NCBI GenBank assembly: GCA_964016885.1
Contig: OZ024744.1
Location: 65,162,001 to 65,226,000 of the forward strand
Length of the DNA stretch: 64,000 nt
Direction of reading: 5' to 3'
Source of the DNA: Eledone cirrhosa
Taxonomy: Eukaryota
Made by a program: the position numbers and the translations under genes. Each line of letters opens with the position of its first letter. Within the stretch, counting starts at the first letter, position 1. Under the pieces are notes generated by a model. It ran no database searches. It worked only from the letters and a program-made list of their open reading frames with translations, and was not told where the DNA came from. Shown in pieces: positions 12,012 to 23,842 of this stretch.

Positions 12012-12481
12012 ATGTAATATACAAGAGGGAACACTGTGATTGTATGGAGTCATGATGCACAAGGAATATGTTAGTTGTATAAAAAAAGTGTCGAGCTGTT
12101 GAAGTTAATGAAACTCCTGGAAGGGGAGGGCCTAGGACATGGGGCGCAAAATGGTAAAGATAAGCCTCAAAAACACTAAACCTCATGATGGAGATGGCTA
12201 AAGAATGAGTCAAATGACAGCATGCATTGCTGGAGAAAACCCATCCACCATTACAAACAAAGGCCCTCCACATGCAGTTTGAAATGGGTCTGCATTTCAC
12301 ATCTGGTCTGTGCTTATTACCAGCTATTCACAGTCCTGAGTAGTAGTACATAGAGCAACATTTATGATGTAGATTAGAAGTGATGTTAATGCTTATGAAA
12401 CAATTACGTAAAATGCAGTTTCTTAGAAATACCTACAACCATAGTTCTGATGTAGTCTGTTGCTATAATCAGTACTTTTAG

Positions 12482-12875
12482 CAGGTTGGATTGGCAAATC
12501 GTTAGTGCGAGCGGTATTTACTTTATGTTCCGAGTTCAAATCCAGTCGAAGTTGAGTTAGCTATTTTTTCTTACCGAAGTGGATAAAATAAAGTTCTAAT
12601 CAAATACTTGGATCGATATAATCGACAGTTCCCATACCCTACAAATTTCTGGCCTTGAGCTTATGCTAAAACTAATATTATTTGTGGATTGGCAGTATCG
12701 GTAGAGGGTCGGACGCCATGCTTTGACGCATAGAGTTACGGCCCTTGCCTTTCTGAGTTCAAATCCCGCCGAGGTTAACTTTGCCTTTCATCCTTACGGG
12801 GTCGGTAAAATAAAGTACCAGTAATGTACTGAGTAATTGCTGGCCTTGTGCCAAAAGTAGAAACAATTATTTATT
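12482..12875 (+). mobile_element. Two tandem SINE family A copies (older 12482-12682, younger 12684-12875)
   Basis: GGATTGGCAG head, GAGTTCAAATCC B box and ATT tail in both. Confidence 0.88.
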
Positions 12876-12948
12876 AATACTTATAAGAAGATTCGTGATG
12901 TAAATGTATATAGATACCAGTGTTTACGTATGACTGTTTGTGATGATA

Positions 12949-13020
<72 letters not shown>

Positions 13021-13041
13021 TAGAAGTGGTGGTGGTGGTGG
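12949..13041. repeat. (TAG)n / (TGG)n microsatellite
   Basis: Directly visible. Confidence 0.97.
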
Positions 13042-13231
13042 CGGCTAATGCGAAATAGTTTGTTTTAAGCAGTCTGCAAGTGCAGAAAGTTAACTACAGA
13101 TTAGTAGTCTCGTTTATAATGGTGGCAGCTGTAGTATTTACCAATAACATTAGTGGCTTTATTGGTGGAATTTTTTCATTCATTCTTAGACTGTTCATTG
13201 CTGTCAGCGCCCGCGCGTACCACAGCACACT

Positions 13232-13246
13232 CACACACATACATAC

Positions 13247-13310
<64 letters not shown>

Positions 13311-13396
13311 GTATGTATATATATATATATATGTGTACGTATGTATATATATATATATATATGTACGTATGTATGTGTGTATATATATATACGTAT

Positions 13397-13460
<64 letters not shown>

Positions 13461-13545
13461 GTACATATATATATATACGTACATATATATATATATATGT
13501 ACGCATGTTTGTATATATATATATATATATATATGTACGTATGTT

Positions 13546-13586
<41 letters not shown>

Positions 13587-13636
13587 GTATGTTTGTATAT
13601 ATATATATACATATATATATATATGTACGTATTATG

Positions 13637-13687
<51 letters not shown>

Positions 13688-13692
13688 GTATG

Positions 13693-13735
<43 letters not shown>

Positions 13736-13740
13736 GTATG

Positions 13741-13775
<35 letters not shown>

Positions 13776-13776
13776 G

Positions 13777-13811
<35 letters not shown>

Positions 13812-13860
13812 GTATTATGTACGTATGTTTGTATATATATATATATATGTACGTATGTAT

Positions 13861-13920
<60 letters not shown>

Positions 13921-14057
13921 GTATGTGTGTATATATATATATATATCCGTACACACACACACACATTCCTATCGACACACTGCAAACGCAAGAACACAAT
14001 ATAAACATTAATAAAAAAGAAAGAAAAATCATACACATACACACATACACATACAAA

Positions 14058-14090
<33 letters not shown>
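13232..14090. repeat. Long interrupted (TA)n tract with recurrent GTACGTATG spacers, followed by (CA)n
   Basis: Directly visible. This is the source of the YIYIYI ORFs. Confidence 0.97.
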
Positions 14091-14225
14091 TGATTTCATT
14101 CAGCCATGAGCTACGTATAAGTTTCAAACCATTCAGGTGTTGGGCAGACTAGCTGGAAATAGGAGGCCAACAAGGAGTGGTGATGGTGGTGGGGGATAGT
14201 AGTAGTAGTAGTGATGGTGGTGGAG

Positions 14226-14267
<42 letters not shown>

Positions 14268-14694
14268 ATATAAGGTGGGTTTGAACTGTAAAGGTATGCG
14301 ATGTAAAATAGAAACAAAACAAAAAAGCAAAAAAAATAGGCGGAGGGGGTGAACTAGATGAATGAGAGGGAAGAAGAGATAGAGATAGAGATAGAGATAT
14401 GAGAAAAGAGGAGAAAAAAACAGAGTCAGATAAAGAGTGCGTGCGAATGAAAGAGAGACGGAAAAGTGATATCTGATGTGATAGCGTATGAAATTTCTTC
14501 TTTCCTGCTCTCCTCTCCTTCTCTCCCTCACCCTGTCTCTCCTTCTCCTTCTCTCTCTCTTTCTCCTTCCCCCTCTCTCTCTCTCTATCTTCCCTCTCTC
14601 TCTCTCACTGGACCTATCTCTTCACACATATTTGCATATATAGTTTTACTTGTATATGGTATATGCGTGTGTACATGTGCGTGTGCGTGTGTGA

Positions 14695-14910
14695 AGGTGC
14701 GTGGCTTAGTGGTTAAGGTGTTCAAGCCCATGATCTTTAGGTCGCGAGTTGGATTCCTGAACCGTTGCTAGCAAAATTGAATTCAACTGGCCAATCTTGT
14801 TATACTGTGTCACAATTGAATATCCCCGAAAACTACGTTAAGGATACACGTGTCTATGAAACGTCAATTCCGTTGGTTGAATGACGGACAGCGACGGAGG
14901 TCCAACACCA
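14695..14910 (+). mobile_element. tRNA-derived SINE (family B-like head), internally deleted
   Basis: GGCTTAGTGGTTAAGG head and degenerate B box. Confidence 0.6.
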
Positions 14911-14936
14911 TACGTATGTATGTGTGTATGTATAAG

Positions 14937-15350
14937 CGGGAGAGATGACCCCTTAGCCTTTGTCAAGGCAGAATTCTAGGAGAAGGAAAACTCTGATATA
15001 ACACCTGCAACCCTGATGGTATCCAATGATGTTGACTTGTTCTTCTTTTTGGTAAATATCATCTTGGTTAAGAGAGTGGGACTGGTTTTGTGCAGTGCCT
15101 TTGTTCACTATAAAAGCTTCACGGCACAGGCATTGCTTTATATCTGGAGATCTCTCTGCACTTGTCCTCACATGGTACCATGGGCCCAGCACTATGTGTC
15201 AATAATTGTCACAAGTGTAGTGTTTGTACCAGAGTTTTCAAGTCGCTGGCTGGACTAAAAAGTCACACTTGTTCGGCGCATCGGTAGGAGTTCTCCTACA
15301 TGGATATAAAGTAGTGGCCGTACTCGAAAATGAGTTGGCAGCCAACATGT
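14937..15350 (+). mobile_element. Bipartite non-autonomous RTE element (5' UTR-like part, C2H2 remnant, (ATGT)n tail)
   Basis: The 5' motif is joined to HKCSVCTRVFKSLAGLKSH and the tail GAGTTGGCAGCCAACATGTAT. Its 3' half recurs at 59200-59390 (-). Confidence 0.75.
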
Positions 15351-15396
15351 ATAAACGTACGTATGTATGCATGCATGCATTTATGTATGTACGTAT

Positions 15397-15970
15397 TTAT
15401 GGAGAGTTAGTTAAAGGAAAACGACCTCCACATAAACCAAAAAAAGAAGTATAAGGATTCGTTGAAAACCTCTTTGAAAGACGCTAACATCTCTGCTGAT
15501 ACTTGGGAAAATGTTGCTGCTGATCATAATAAATGGAGAAAGACTTATAGGGGGAAAAGTTGCCTTTGAGGCATCTCGAATCGCATACGAGAAAGTAAAG
15601 GGGTGTGAGGAAGGACATTGCTGTTGCATTTCCAGATAGCGATTGTCCCCCTATGGCGCTGCAATGCAGCGTCTGTGCGAGACTCTGCCTCAGGAAAGCT
15701 GGACTCGAAAGTCATCTTCGCAGTCATAAAGTAAGACCAGTGGTTGACTACCAGGCTGCTGTTGGAGATGCTACTCATCATGCCTGCCAAGCATGTGGTA
15801 GAGAATGTAGATCAGCAGGAGGGCTCAAGCGACATGCAAAAGTACACGAACTCCAACCACAGCCGACTATTCCCAGTGAATGTTTTGGTTGCCGACTCTG
15901 TGCAAGACATTTTAGATCATTGGCTGGGCTAAAAAGCCACATTCGATCGCAGCACTGTTAATTGTTATCG
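15397..15970 (+). mobile_element. BovB-like RTE C-terminal fragment with three C2H2 zinc fingers
   Basis: YGELVKGKRPPHKPKK.YKDSLK and TWENVAADHNKWR (typical RTE C-terminus), then CSVC..HLRSH, CQAC..HAKVH and CRLC..HIRSQH. Confidence 0.85.
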
Positions 15971-16030
15971 TGTGTGTGTGTATGTGTATATGTATATATA
16001 GATATGTATATGTGTATGTATATATATATT

Positions 16031-17327
16031 TCGACTAGTCGGGCAATACGATCTGTGGAAGCTCCACCTTGGCGTTCTATAGAGGGTTAGTGGAGGGAAA
16101 GAGCGACGACGTCCTTGGGGAGACTCTAGGCGTCGACGAAAACCAACTAGCCAATCTCTTTGGGAGAACTTTCAGGCCGGGGCCCATGGACAACTTCCAG
16201 AAATCCCTGACCTGGCAGTGTTACTGAGGAGCCTTGCCAGTTCGGGATAAACTCGACTGGCATGGAAGTGCCGTCAGCCGGGCCTGTCCGAGGTGCGCAT
16301 AGGGCGATGAAACCGTCTTGCATCCACTCGTCCAGTGTCCGAGCATTGCTGACTTGTGTGTTTATGCCGAACACCTGCTGTCACGTGTAGAACGGATCCG
16401 GCTATCAGCCGAGTCCATCGTGAGAATTGCCCCGTCGCCTTCCTTTAGCTGGGAAGGGCAGGAAGTTTTTATCTGCCTGGTGGCCATGGTAAGATAGATC
16501 GTATGGTGGACACGTCTGAAAGGGTTGAAGACGGGTACTTTCCTCTTCGGTGACACCCTATTTAACTTTTTCAAGTTTCACCTGAAAAGGAAAATCAGGG
16601 TGGAGAGGGAAGTTTGTTGAAAGGTGGGTGGGAGAGGCAAGAATGGCCCATGTGAATGGGTCTACCCTGAGCGTGTGCCTCTAGCATCGTAGGAGGAAAA
16701 CTGGAAAAAGGCATTTGCCCTAGCGGTCAAGGTAACCGTGGCTTTTCTTGTGGGCTTTCTCCACAAGCGACCCTCGGAGGTCTCCCTCTCTATTGAGGAA
16801 TTTTTTCATTGTTTCCTTTTTTGTCACATACTCTGTTTTGTCCTGTGTTCTCCTTAATGTTATACTTTGTGTCAACCCTTGTGGTTAATAAAGAAAGCAT
16901 TATTATTATTATTACTTCAAGTTTCACCTGGAAAGGAAGGTGAGTGTGGAGAGAGAAGTCCCCCCCCCCCAGTACATTTGCTAAAAGGTGGATGAATGTG
17001 GCGAGAATGGCCAGTGTGAATGGGCCTACTCTGACCATGCGCCTATAGGCTAGCTAACTTGAGGAGAGGGGTGCTCTCCCTGGGTGCCCTAGAAGCGCAG
17101 GGTGGTTCAGGATTGGTGGGGTACCCGAGTCACCCCTGGGTCGTCCACCCCTATAGGGGAATTTATTTTGTTATATTTATGCATAGTTTATTTTATATTT
17201 TTATATCTTCATTGTTAAATTAGTCTTGCCATTGTGCACTTTTACTCGACCTTATTGTAAACCTCCACTGTCCCTGTCTTTGTATTGTCCCCTACATGTT
17301 GGCCCTTGTGGCTAATAAATGAAATCA
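16031..17327 (+). mobile_element. Two tandem Tx1/L1-clade 3' fragments (16031-16898, 16914-17327) ending in (ATT)n
   Basis: Homologous to the 31684 ORF (CPRC..ETV.H...C; WWTRLKGL). Each ends CCCTTGTGG(C/T)TAATAAA followed by ATT repeats. Confidence 0.85.
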
Positions 17328-17543
17328 TTATTATTATTATTATTGTTATTATTATTATTGTTATTATTAGAAACCGTTATTATTATTACATACATACGTA
17401 CAAACACACACACACACACATACATACATGATGGCTGCCCCCTCGTTATCGAGTATGGCCATTGCACGAAAAAAGAAACATCATGTGTGGTCGGGATGAA
17501 ATACAAGACTCGGCCAAACAGTATTTTTTTTTTTATTTCACCT

Positions 17544-17860
17544 GGGAGTGAAAGGCCGCCAGTTGTTGTCACAACACCTTTCTAGGTGAGGAAACTCTGA
17601 AAAAAACCTGCAGCTTCGGAAGCATTCAATGATGTTGACCAGTTCTCCTTTTCAGGTAGTGTTTTCGATGCTCAGAGAGTGGGATTGGTTGAGTGCAAGG
17701 TCTTTCACCATTAAAAAAACCTTCAAAGCACAGGCATTGCTTGTTCAGGATATGTTACAGGTTTATGTGGCTGCACCAAACTCTATAATTAGACAAGCGA
17801 TTGCAGTACTCCTGGCAGAGTTTGCAGCCATCATGTATGCACAGGAACATGAAAATACTC
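17544..17860 (+). mobile_element. Bipartite non-autonomous RTE element
   Basis: 5' motif followed directly by the tail GAGTTTGCAGCCATCATGTATG. Further partial copies at 17895-18280, 19945-20090 and 20208-20410. Confidence 0.7.
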
Positions 17861-18050
17861 AGTTTGGTGCCCAAGCATGAGGTACAGCCCACTAAGAATA
17901 AGAGATCCCTAGTTCTTATTAGAAAATCATTTTAGGAAAAGGAAAATTCTGATGTAAAACTTGTGACTCAATGGCACCTTTTTGGATAGCAGTCACTGTT
18001 GTTGAGAGAGCGGGATTGGTCAAGTGCAAGGCCTTTCTTAAAAAAGCTTC

Positions 18051-18254
18051 TTAACCCTTTAGCTTTTTCATTACTCTATATTTACTACTGTATTTTCACA
18101 GTAAAGGCTCACATAATTATCCTACATAATATCAAATCTATGAGATTTTGATATTATTTATTCATTAGTATGAGTAGCGGTTACAGCTGGTTTGAACAGA
18201 AAGAGGTGAGAGAATTCTGGCCAGATATGGCTAGTTTAAATGCAAAAAGGTTAA
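18051..18254 (-). mobile_element. piggyBac-like MITE
   Basis: TTAACCCTTTAGC ... AAGGTTAA. Confidence 0.85.
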
Positions 18255-18631
18255 ACAGGCATCATTTGATCTAAGAGAGTATGTATATATGTATGTATGT
18301 CAGGTCACTCTCCAGTGCTACTGGTAACATGTAACCCAGTACAACCTGTCCATGGTCAGGTCGTCGGCAACTAAACTGGCAACCCCACCAAGCTAGCTTG
18401 GGGAGGAGTGTGATTTTGGACACCCTGCAGGATGAAAAACAAAACTAGTCATGGGGCGGAGGAACTCAGGAGAGTCAACAGACATCCAATAAAGTTTTTT
18501 GTTTTTTTTTCATGGAGCGAGAGACTCCTAGTCTTCATTAAGACATCTCTCTAGGAGAATGTCACTCTGATATAAAACCTGCAACTTTGTTTGCTTCCAA
18601 TGATGTAGGCCAGTTCTTCTTTTTGGGCAAA

Positions 18632-19320
18632 TCTAAACTATAATAAAAGAAGGTCTGCGGGACTGCGCAGGGTTTATTTTATTTTTATCCCGTTAGTAAA
18701 ATAAGTTGGATTAGTTTGAATAAATAATTGTTTCTACTTTTGGCACAAGGCCAGCAATTACTCAGTACATTACTGGTACTTTATTTTATCGACCCCGTAA
18801 GGATGAAAGGCAAAGTTAACCTCGGCGGGATTTGAACTCAGAATGGCAAGGGAAGTAACTCTATGCGTCAAAGCATGGCGTCCAACTCTCTACCGATACT
18901 GCCAATTCAAATAAATAATGAATGAATATTACATAATTTATCTACTAAATTTCGTAAACAAAAATAATTTCGTAAAAATAAATAATTTAAAATTGACTTC
19001 TTTTCAAAGTTACACTTCCAGTATATCGTAGCCACCACCACTACTTCAACTACCATATATATAGAAAGAGAGAGTGTGTGTTGTCAATCACTTAAATAAA
19101 CATACTAATTTTCTGTCACTAATTTTCTCCTAATGCATTTTATGCATAATATCGTCTTTTTTTAATGTATCATGGATTACGTTACTGATTACATAAGACA
19201 GTGTAACAACGTCTTCGTTCAATTTCTGTTTATATTGTCAATTACGATTTTATTTGAGGTATCATACCTACATGTATATATACCTGTGTATAATATCGAT
19301 ATACACACTACACATGCTAG
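18632..19320 (+). mobile_element. Non-autonomous Helitron
   Basis: Starts TCTAAACTATAATAAAAG and ends CTAG, with an 8-bp hairpin TGTGTATA/TATACACA just upstream. Inserted A|T without TSD, as shown by the empty paralogous site AAA|TGCATT at about 6960. Confidence 0.9.
18721..18906 (-). mobile_element. SINE family A, inside the Helitron
   Basis: Reverse complement of 12684-12875. Confidence 0.9.
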
Positions 19321-19559
19321 TGCATTTAATGTTCAGAGAGTGGGATTGGACTCGTGAAAAGCCTTTCCTCACTTAAAAAAGCTTCAAGCACAGGCATCAC
19401 TTGATATGTGGCATTTTTTTCGATGCATGGCATAAGCAAGTCCCTAGCAGGACTAAAAAGCCAAAGTCCATGATGCTCATGCTTAATTATCAAGTGATAG
19501 CATTACTTGAAATCGAGTTGCAACCATCATGTATGTATGTGTACGTGTATGTATGATGA

Positions 19560-19940
19560 AGTCATCAGTAGTTGGACATAAAATTTCTGTTAGCGTGTAC
19601 TCCTCTCAAAGGCTGGTTATGTTAATCACCTGAAGTCACATGAAAGGATAACTACCTGCATCACCACTCAAGAAAGACTTAGCGAAACAACATGTGTGAT
19701 ATGCAACAAAGTGTGTAGAACTAGTTCCGGACTGGTGGTACATAAAGATTGTGTACCACAGGGTGACGCCACCGGTCCTGTGGAAAGCAAAACTCTCTTC
19801 TGTCATCTGTGTTGTAAACCATGCAGATCTACAACTGGCCAACAAAGTCATGGATGGAGATGGGACGATAACGGAGAATCAATAAGAGACAGCAATCATC
19901 TGTGAAGACACAGCATTCCTCATTTATGTAAGTATGTATG
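19560..19940 (+). mobile_element. Decayed multi-C2H2 RTE C-terminal fragment
   Basis: C.ICNKVCRTSSGLVVH and CHLCCKPCRSTTGQQSH, followed by an (ATGT)n tail. Confidence 0.65.
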
Positions 19941-20420
19941 TAAGCTAGTACAACCTGTCACATGGTCGGGTCATCAGCAACTAAACCGGCAACCCAACCA
20001 ACTTTACTTTTGGACACCCTGCAAGACAAAAAAACAAAACCTGACAAAGGGCGGAAGAACTCATAAGAGTCAACGGCCATCCAAAAATGTGTAAATATGT
20101 ACATACATGTATGCATGTGTATATACGTATATACATGTATGCATGTGTATGTATATGCATAGGGACATAGAAATAAGTTGGATACCCGATCACGCAGTTA
20201 AACCACTAGGAGTGAAGGACCTCTAGCCTTTATCAGGGCATTCTTCTAGGCGAAGGCAACTCAGGAAACTGGGATAACTCCAACATAAAACCTGTGGCTA
20301 TGTTGATCTTTTATTCTTTTCGGGTTATAGCTACTGTTGCTCAGAGAGTGGGATTGCCTCTACGCACAGTCTTTCTCACTTTAAAAAAATGTTCACGCAC
20401 AAGCACTGCACGATAGAACA

Positions 20421-20615
20421 AATTAATTGTTTCTACTTTTGGCACAAGGCCAGCAATTACCCAGTACATTACTGGAACTTTATTTTATCGACCCCGTAAG
20501 GATGAAAGGCAAAGTTGACCTCGGCAGAATTTGAACTCGGAATGGAAAGGGCCGTAACTCTATGCGTCAAAGCATGATGTCCGACCCTTTACCGATACTG
20601 CCAATCCACCGCCCT
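20421..20615 (-). mobile_element. SINE family A, full length
   Basis: Reverse complement of 12684-12875, flanked by the direct repeat CACGATAGAAC (about 20410 and 20619), a probable TSD. Confidence 0.9.
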
Positions 20616-21104
20616 TACCACGATAGAACTAATTAATAATTGTTAATAATGTTATATCGTGCAATGGGCATACTCAATAACGAGGGGGCACCCATCATGT
20701 ATGTATGTAAGCCATTCTTAACACCAACCACTTGTGTACAGTGTGTACATGGTGTGTTTTATCATGACATGAACACTAGGGAGGATGTTGATCATCGATT
20801 CAACTGAAGAGTCCTCTTTACCCTAGAGAAGGAGGGGGGGGTGATGACTTGTCTCAAGTGAGCCCTGTTTAGTGGCGGATAAGATGGAGAGGTGGGGGGG
20901 GGGGGAGATGACAGACATGATGTCAGGGGTAACCGCTGATGAGTGGGAAGAAGTAAGGATGATGACAAGCATGATGTATAACAAGTGTGTTGAGATATGA
21001 CAGGGTCATGTGAGAGAGGAAAGGAGTGACAGGTAACCCTGTAGAGAAAAGCGATACAGTAGTGGTAAGAACAGTTACTAAACAGCTATTGACAGGCGTT
21101 TTGG

Positions 21105-21335
21105 GATCTAAACCAGCCATGTCTGGCCAGAATTCTCTCACCTCTTTCTGTTCAAACCAACCATAACTGGCCACTCATACTGATGTTAAGGTATTGTTCT
21201 CAAAATAAATAATATCAAAATCTCATAGATTCAATACTATGTGAGATAATAGTATATATAGTATATATAGAGTATATATAGTATATATAGAGTATATTTA
21301 GTATATAGAGAGTAATGTAAATGGTAAAGGGTTAA
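21105..21335 (+). mobile_element. piggyBac-like MITE, left end lost
   Basis: Family body and right end GGTAAAGGGTTAA. Confidence 0.8.
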
Positions 21336-21415
21336 GAAGAATGGAAATGATTCTGGATAGAGTGGGGGTGGCTACAGGGATATTGGGGAGGAAATATGTT
21401 ATGGGTGTATGACAA

Positions 21416-21493
<78 letters not shown>

Positions 21494-21719
21494 AGTGTGT
21501 AGGTGGGGGGGGGGTGACAGGGTGATAAGAGAGCTGAGAAGGGTGGGGAGTATATGATGAGAACACTTGCTATGACAGGTGTGATGGGATTTAAAGTGGC
21601 TGGAATAATTCTGGTTAAAGTCGGGTACAGTAACGGTAAAACTAGTTACTAATGAGCAATGGGGAAGGTGGGAACATGCATAGACAGAGTCATATATAGA
21701 CATGTTTTATACCAGTAGG

Positions 21720-22870
21720 TGAGTGTTCTCCAGTACCACATGTTGCCAATTCTTGCAGTCCTAAATCATCTCTGTTGTGAGATTCAGCTTCGTGAGGTTG
21801 GGATTCGCTACTTCATCCCAAGTCTTCCTTGATCTACCTTTTCCATGAATCCCATCCACTGAGATCTCTTTTATTTCTTTATACAGCTGTCAAATTCCAT
21901 ATGCATCACATGTCCATACCAACGCTATCTTCTCTCTTGTACACAAACATTAGATATCCATCAGAGCATATGTGATTCATTTCTTTCTAGCCTCCATTAC
22001 ATATATATCAGGAAATGAAGTTGACTGCTGCACTGACAAGTCATGTATGGGACCTGAAGGATAAAGGGATCTTATACATGATTAACTGGAACATTCTAGA
22101 TAAACCACACCCTTATAGTAAAGAAACAAAGATATGTTCAAGGGTCATGTTGGTGACACAACAAATAGCATGCAGTCCACACTGTAGAGTGGTTGTTTTG
22201 GAGCCACAACAAAAAGCTCCCAGTCCACACTGTAAAGTAGTCATTTTGGAGCCACAATAAAAAGCCCCAAGTCCATACTGCAAAATGGTCGTTTTATGCT
22301 TAATTTTTCTCTCTGCTTACTTATGCTACCATTCGTACACATTAATATTACAAATCCACTGGAGAATACTAACTTCATTTCTTTCTAGCCTTCACAGATC
22401 TTCCACCGTCAAAACCCGTATCACACTGCTATGTAGCTTTTCTGTAAACATGCAGGCATCATACAATCTACTCTTTACTCTGAAAGGAAAGTCCTTTGTT
22501 GTCAACAGAGGTGCCAACTCCCTACGTTTCTTCCATCCCATTATTACTCTAGCTATTATGCTTTCAGAGCATCCCCTGCTTCACTGCTAATTAAGTCAGT
22601 TAGGTACCAAAAGCTGCCAATAATTTCTAGAAAGTATCCCTGGCAGTTGAGAAAATCTATCATTTCAGATGTGTTCTTAGTAGTTATTTTTCATGCGCAT
22701 CTGCCACAATCAAAATTTATCTTCTCCTTGAACCTGCTTGTAATCCCACTACATCTCTTGTGCATCCATAGATTACACTGTGCGCAAATTATGCAATTTC
22801 TGCCAACTACTTTTTGACATATTAAACAGGGGTGTTCCACTTACTGTATTAGAGTCTTATCTTCTTTCCT
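21720..22870 (-). mobile_element. Decayed RTE 3' part
   Basis: Minus strand RWYGHVMH, RVIMGWKKRRELAPL and a PHD remnant WMHKRCSG. Confidence 0.75.
22015..22290 (+). mobile_element. Penelope GIY-YIG fragment fused to SINE/RTE-UTR-like repeats
   Basis: TAALTSHVWDLKDKGILYMINWNILDKPHPY...KIC resembles the PLE endonuclease C-terminal region. The same fusion occurs at 31040-31185. Confidence 0.65.
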
Positions 22871-22919
<49 letters not shown>

Positions 22920-22922
<3 letters not shown>

Positions 22923-23385
22923 CTTTGATAACTTTGATAGGTTTCGGCCAGTATTGGCCCAGGCCATGTCTAACTTAATAGCACCACCTGGCGAAGTCTT
23001 ACAAATCAGTGTTTGGGCACCATGGCCCACTCGAGCAGAGAGTTATTGTTTACGGAGGTATATCCGGGTGTAGGAGGCTTATCCGGGATTTCTTGAAGGA
23101 ATTTATCCAAAGACTTCTTGAACTTGATGGGGTCTGTCTCTGCTTTGATGTGTCTTGGTGTAATGTTAAAGAGTGCAGGGCCAATTGAGGTGAAATAATT
23201 GTGACGTATTGTTGTTATGTGATGCGAGTGGGATTTTTGTTCTGGGCGGATAGCACGGGGCCCAAGCCTTGCGTGTACACTAAAGATGATGCCAACATCA
23301 TTTGGGCTAAGCTGATGGAATATTTTCCACATCATACAGATAATGTAGCACTCACGGCGACGTTGACGAGAATAAAGTTTGAGGA
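22920..23385 (-). mobile_element. CR1/L2-group LINE 3' fragment
   Basis: RRRECYIICMMWKI...GPALFNITP...FKKSLDKFLQEIPDKP..PGY...NSL, with tail (TATCAAAGT)2. Confidence 0.75.
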
Positions 23386-23752
23386 AACAACACATCACCC
23401 GGTCTGAGAATTGAACTCACAACTTTTCGATTGCAAGGCCAATGGTCTAACCACTATATATAGTTAAAAGAATAGAGGTGTAACACACAAGTTATTATAT
23501 ATTGGTAAACGGAATAGAAAATGCTGACAAATTGTTCACAGTTGAAAAATGGTTTAATTAGGAATAAAAGAGTATTAGTGATTGTATGGGTTAGTATTCA
23601 GTTGTGGTTTTAAGTTTTTAAGTTTTTACCGGTTGCGCATTTCTAAATGCTTTTCAAAAATAATTTTGAGATAGAGTGTCCGTGCTGTTTGCAGCACGGA
23701 CATATTTAGAAACACACAGTAGACGCGTTCTTGAAGCTAGTAAAATGAGGTA

Positions 23753-23842
23753 TCCTCTTGATAAGTCGGCAGACCTCGCAAGGACTCTATATCTTTATGA
23801 TGTATTGTTTTTGTTTATGCCACGAAACTACGTAGTCGAGGA
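23753..23842 (+). ncRNA. Type I hammerhead ribozyme, U3-A8 core variant (copy 1)
   Basis: tcctc-TTGATAA-gt(c)ggca...tgccac-GAAA-CTACGTAG-TC-gagga, with a GUC cleavage triplet. Confidence 0.75.

Larger units (their letters stand above)
10290..12250 (+). mobile_element. Decayed RTE LINE carrying two nested insertions
   Basis: Remnants of LAFVDLEK, YADDLVLIAES, IPSEKWP and TRIRTG..KF.ELLP. Confidence 0.8.
18300..19545 (+). mobile_element. Bipartite RTE-related element split by a Helitron
   Basis: 18300-18631 and 19321-19415 rejoin to match 6640-7055. Tail GAGTTGCAACCATCATGTATG at about 19516-19540. Confidence 0.8.

Noticed and set aside
13080-14099. Long ORFs of 230-337 aa
   Set aside because: Translations of (TA)n, open in all frames on both strands.
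15605-15961. Host C2H2 zinc-finger gene
   Set aside because: Contiguous with RTE C-terminal motifs, lacks TGEKP linkers and a proper start.
18514-18580. HDV-like or twister ribozyme assignment
   Set aside because: P1.1, J4/2 with the catalytic C, and the twister conserved nucleotides could not be placed. Kept only as an unclassified structure.
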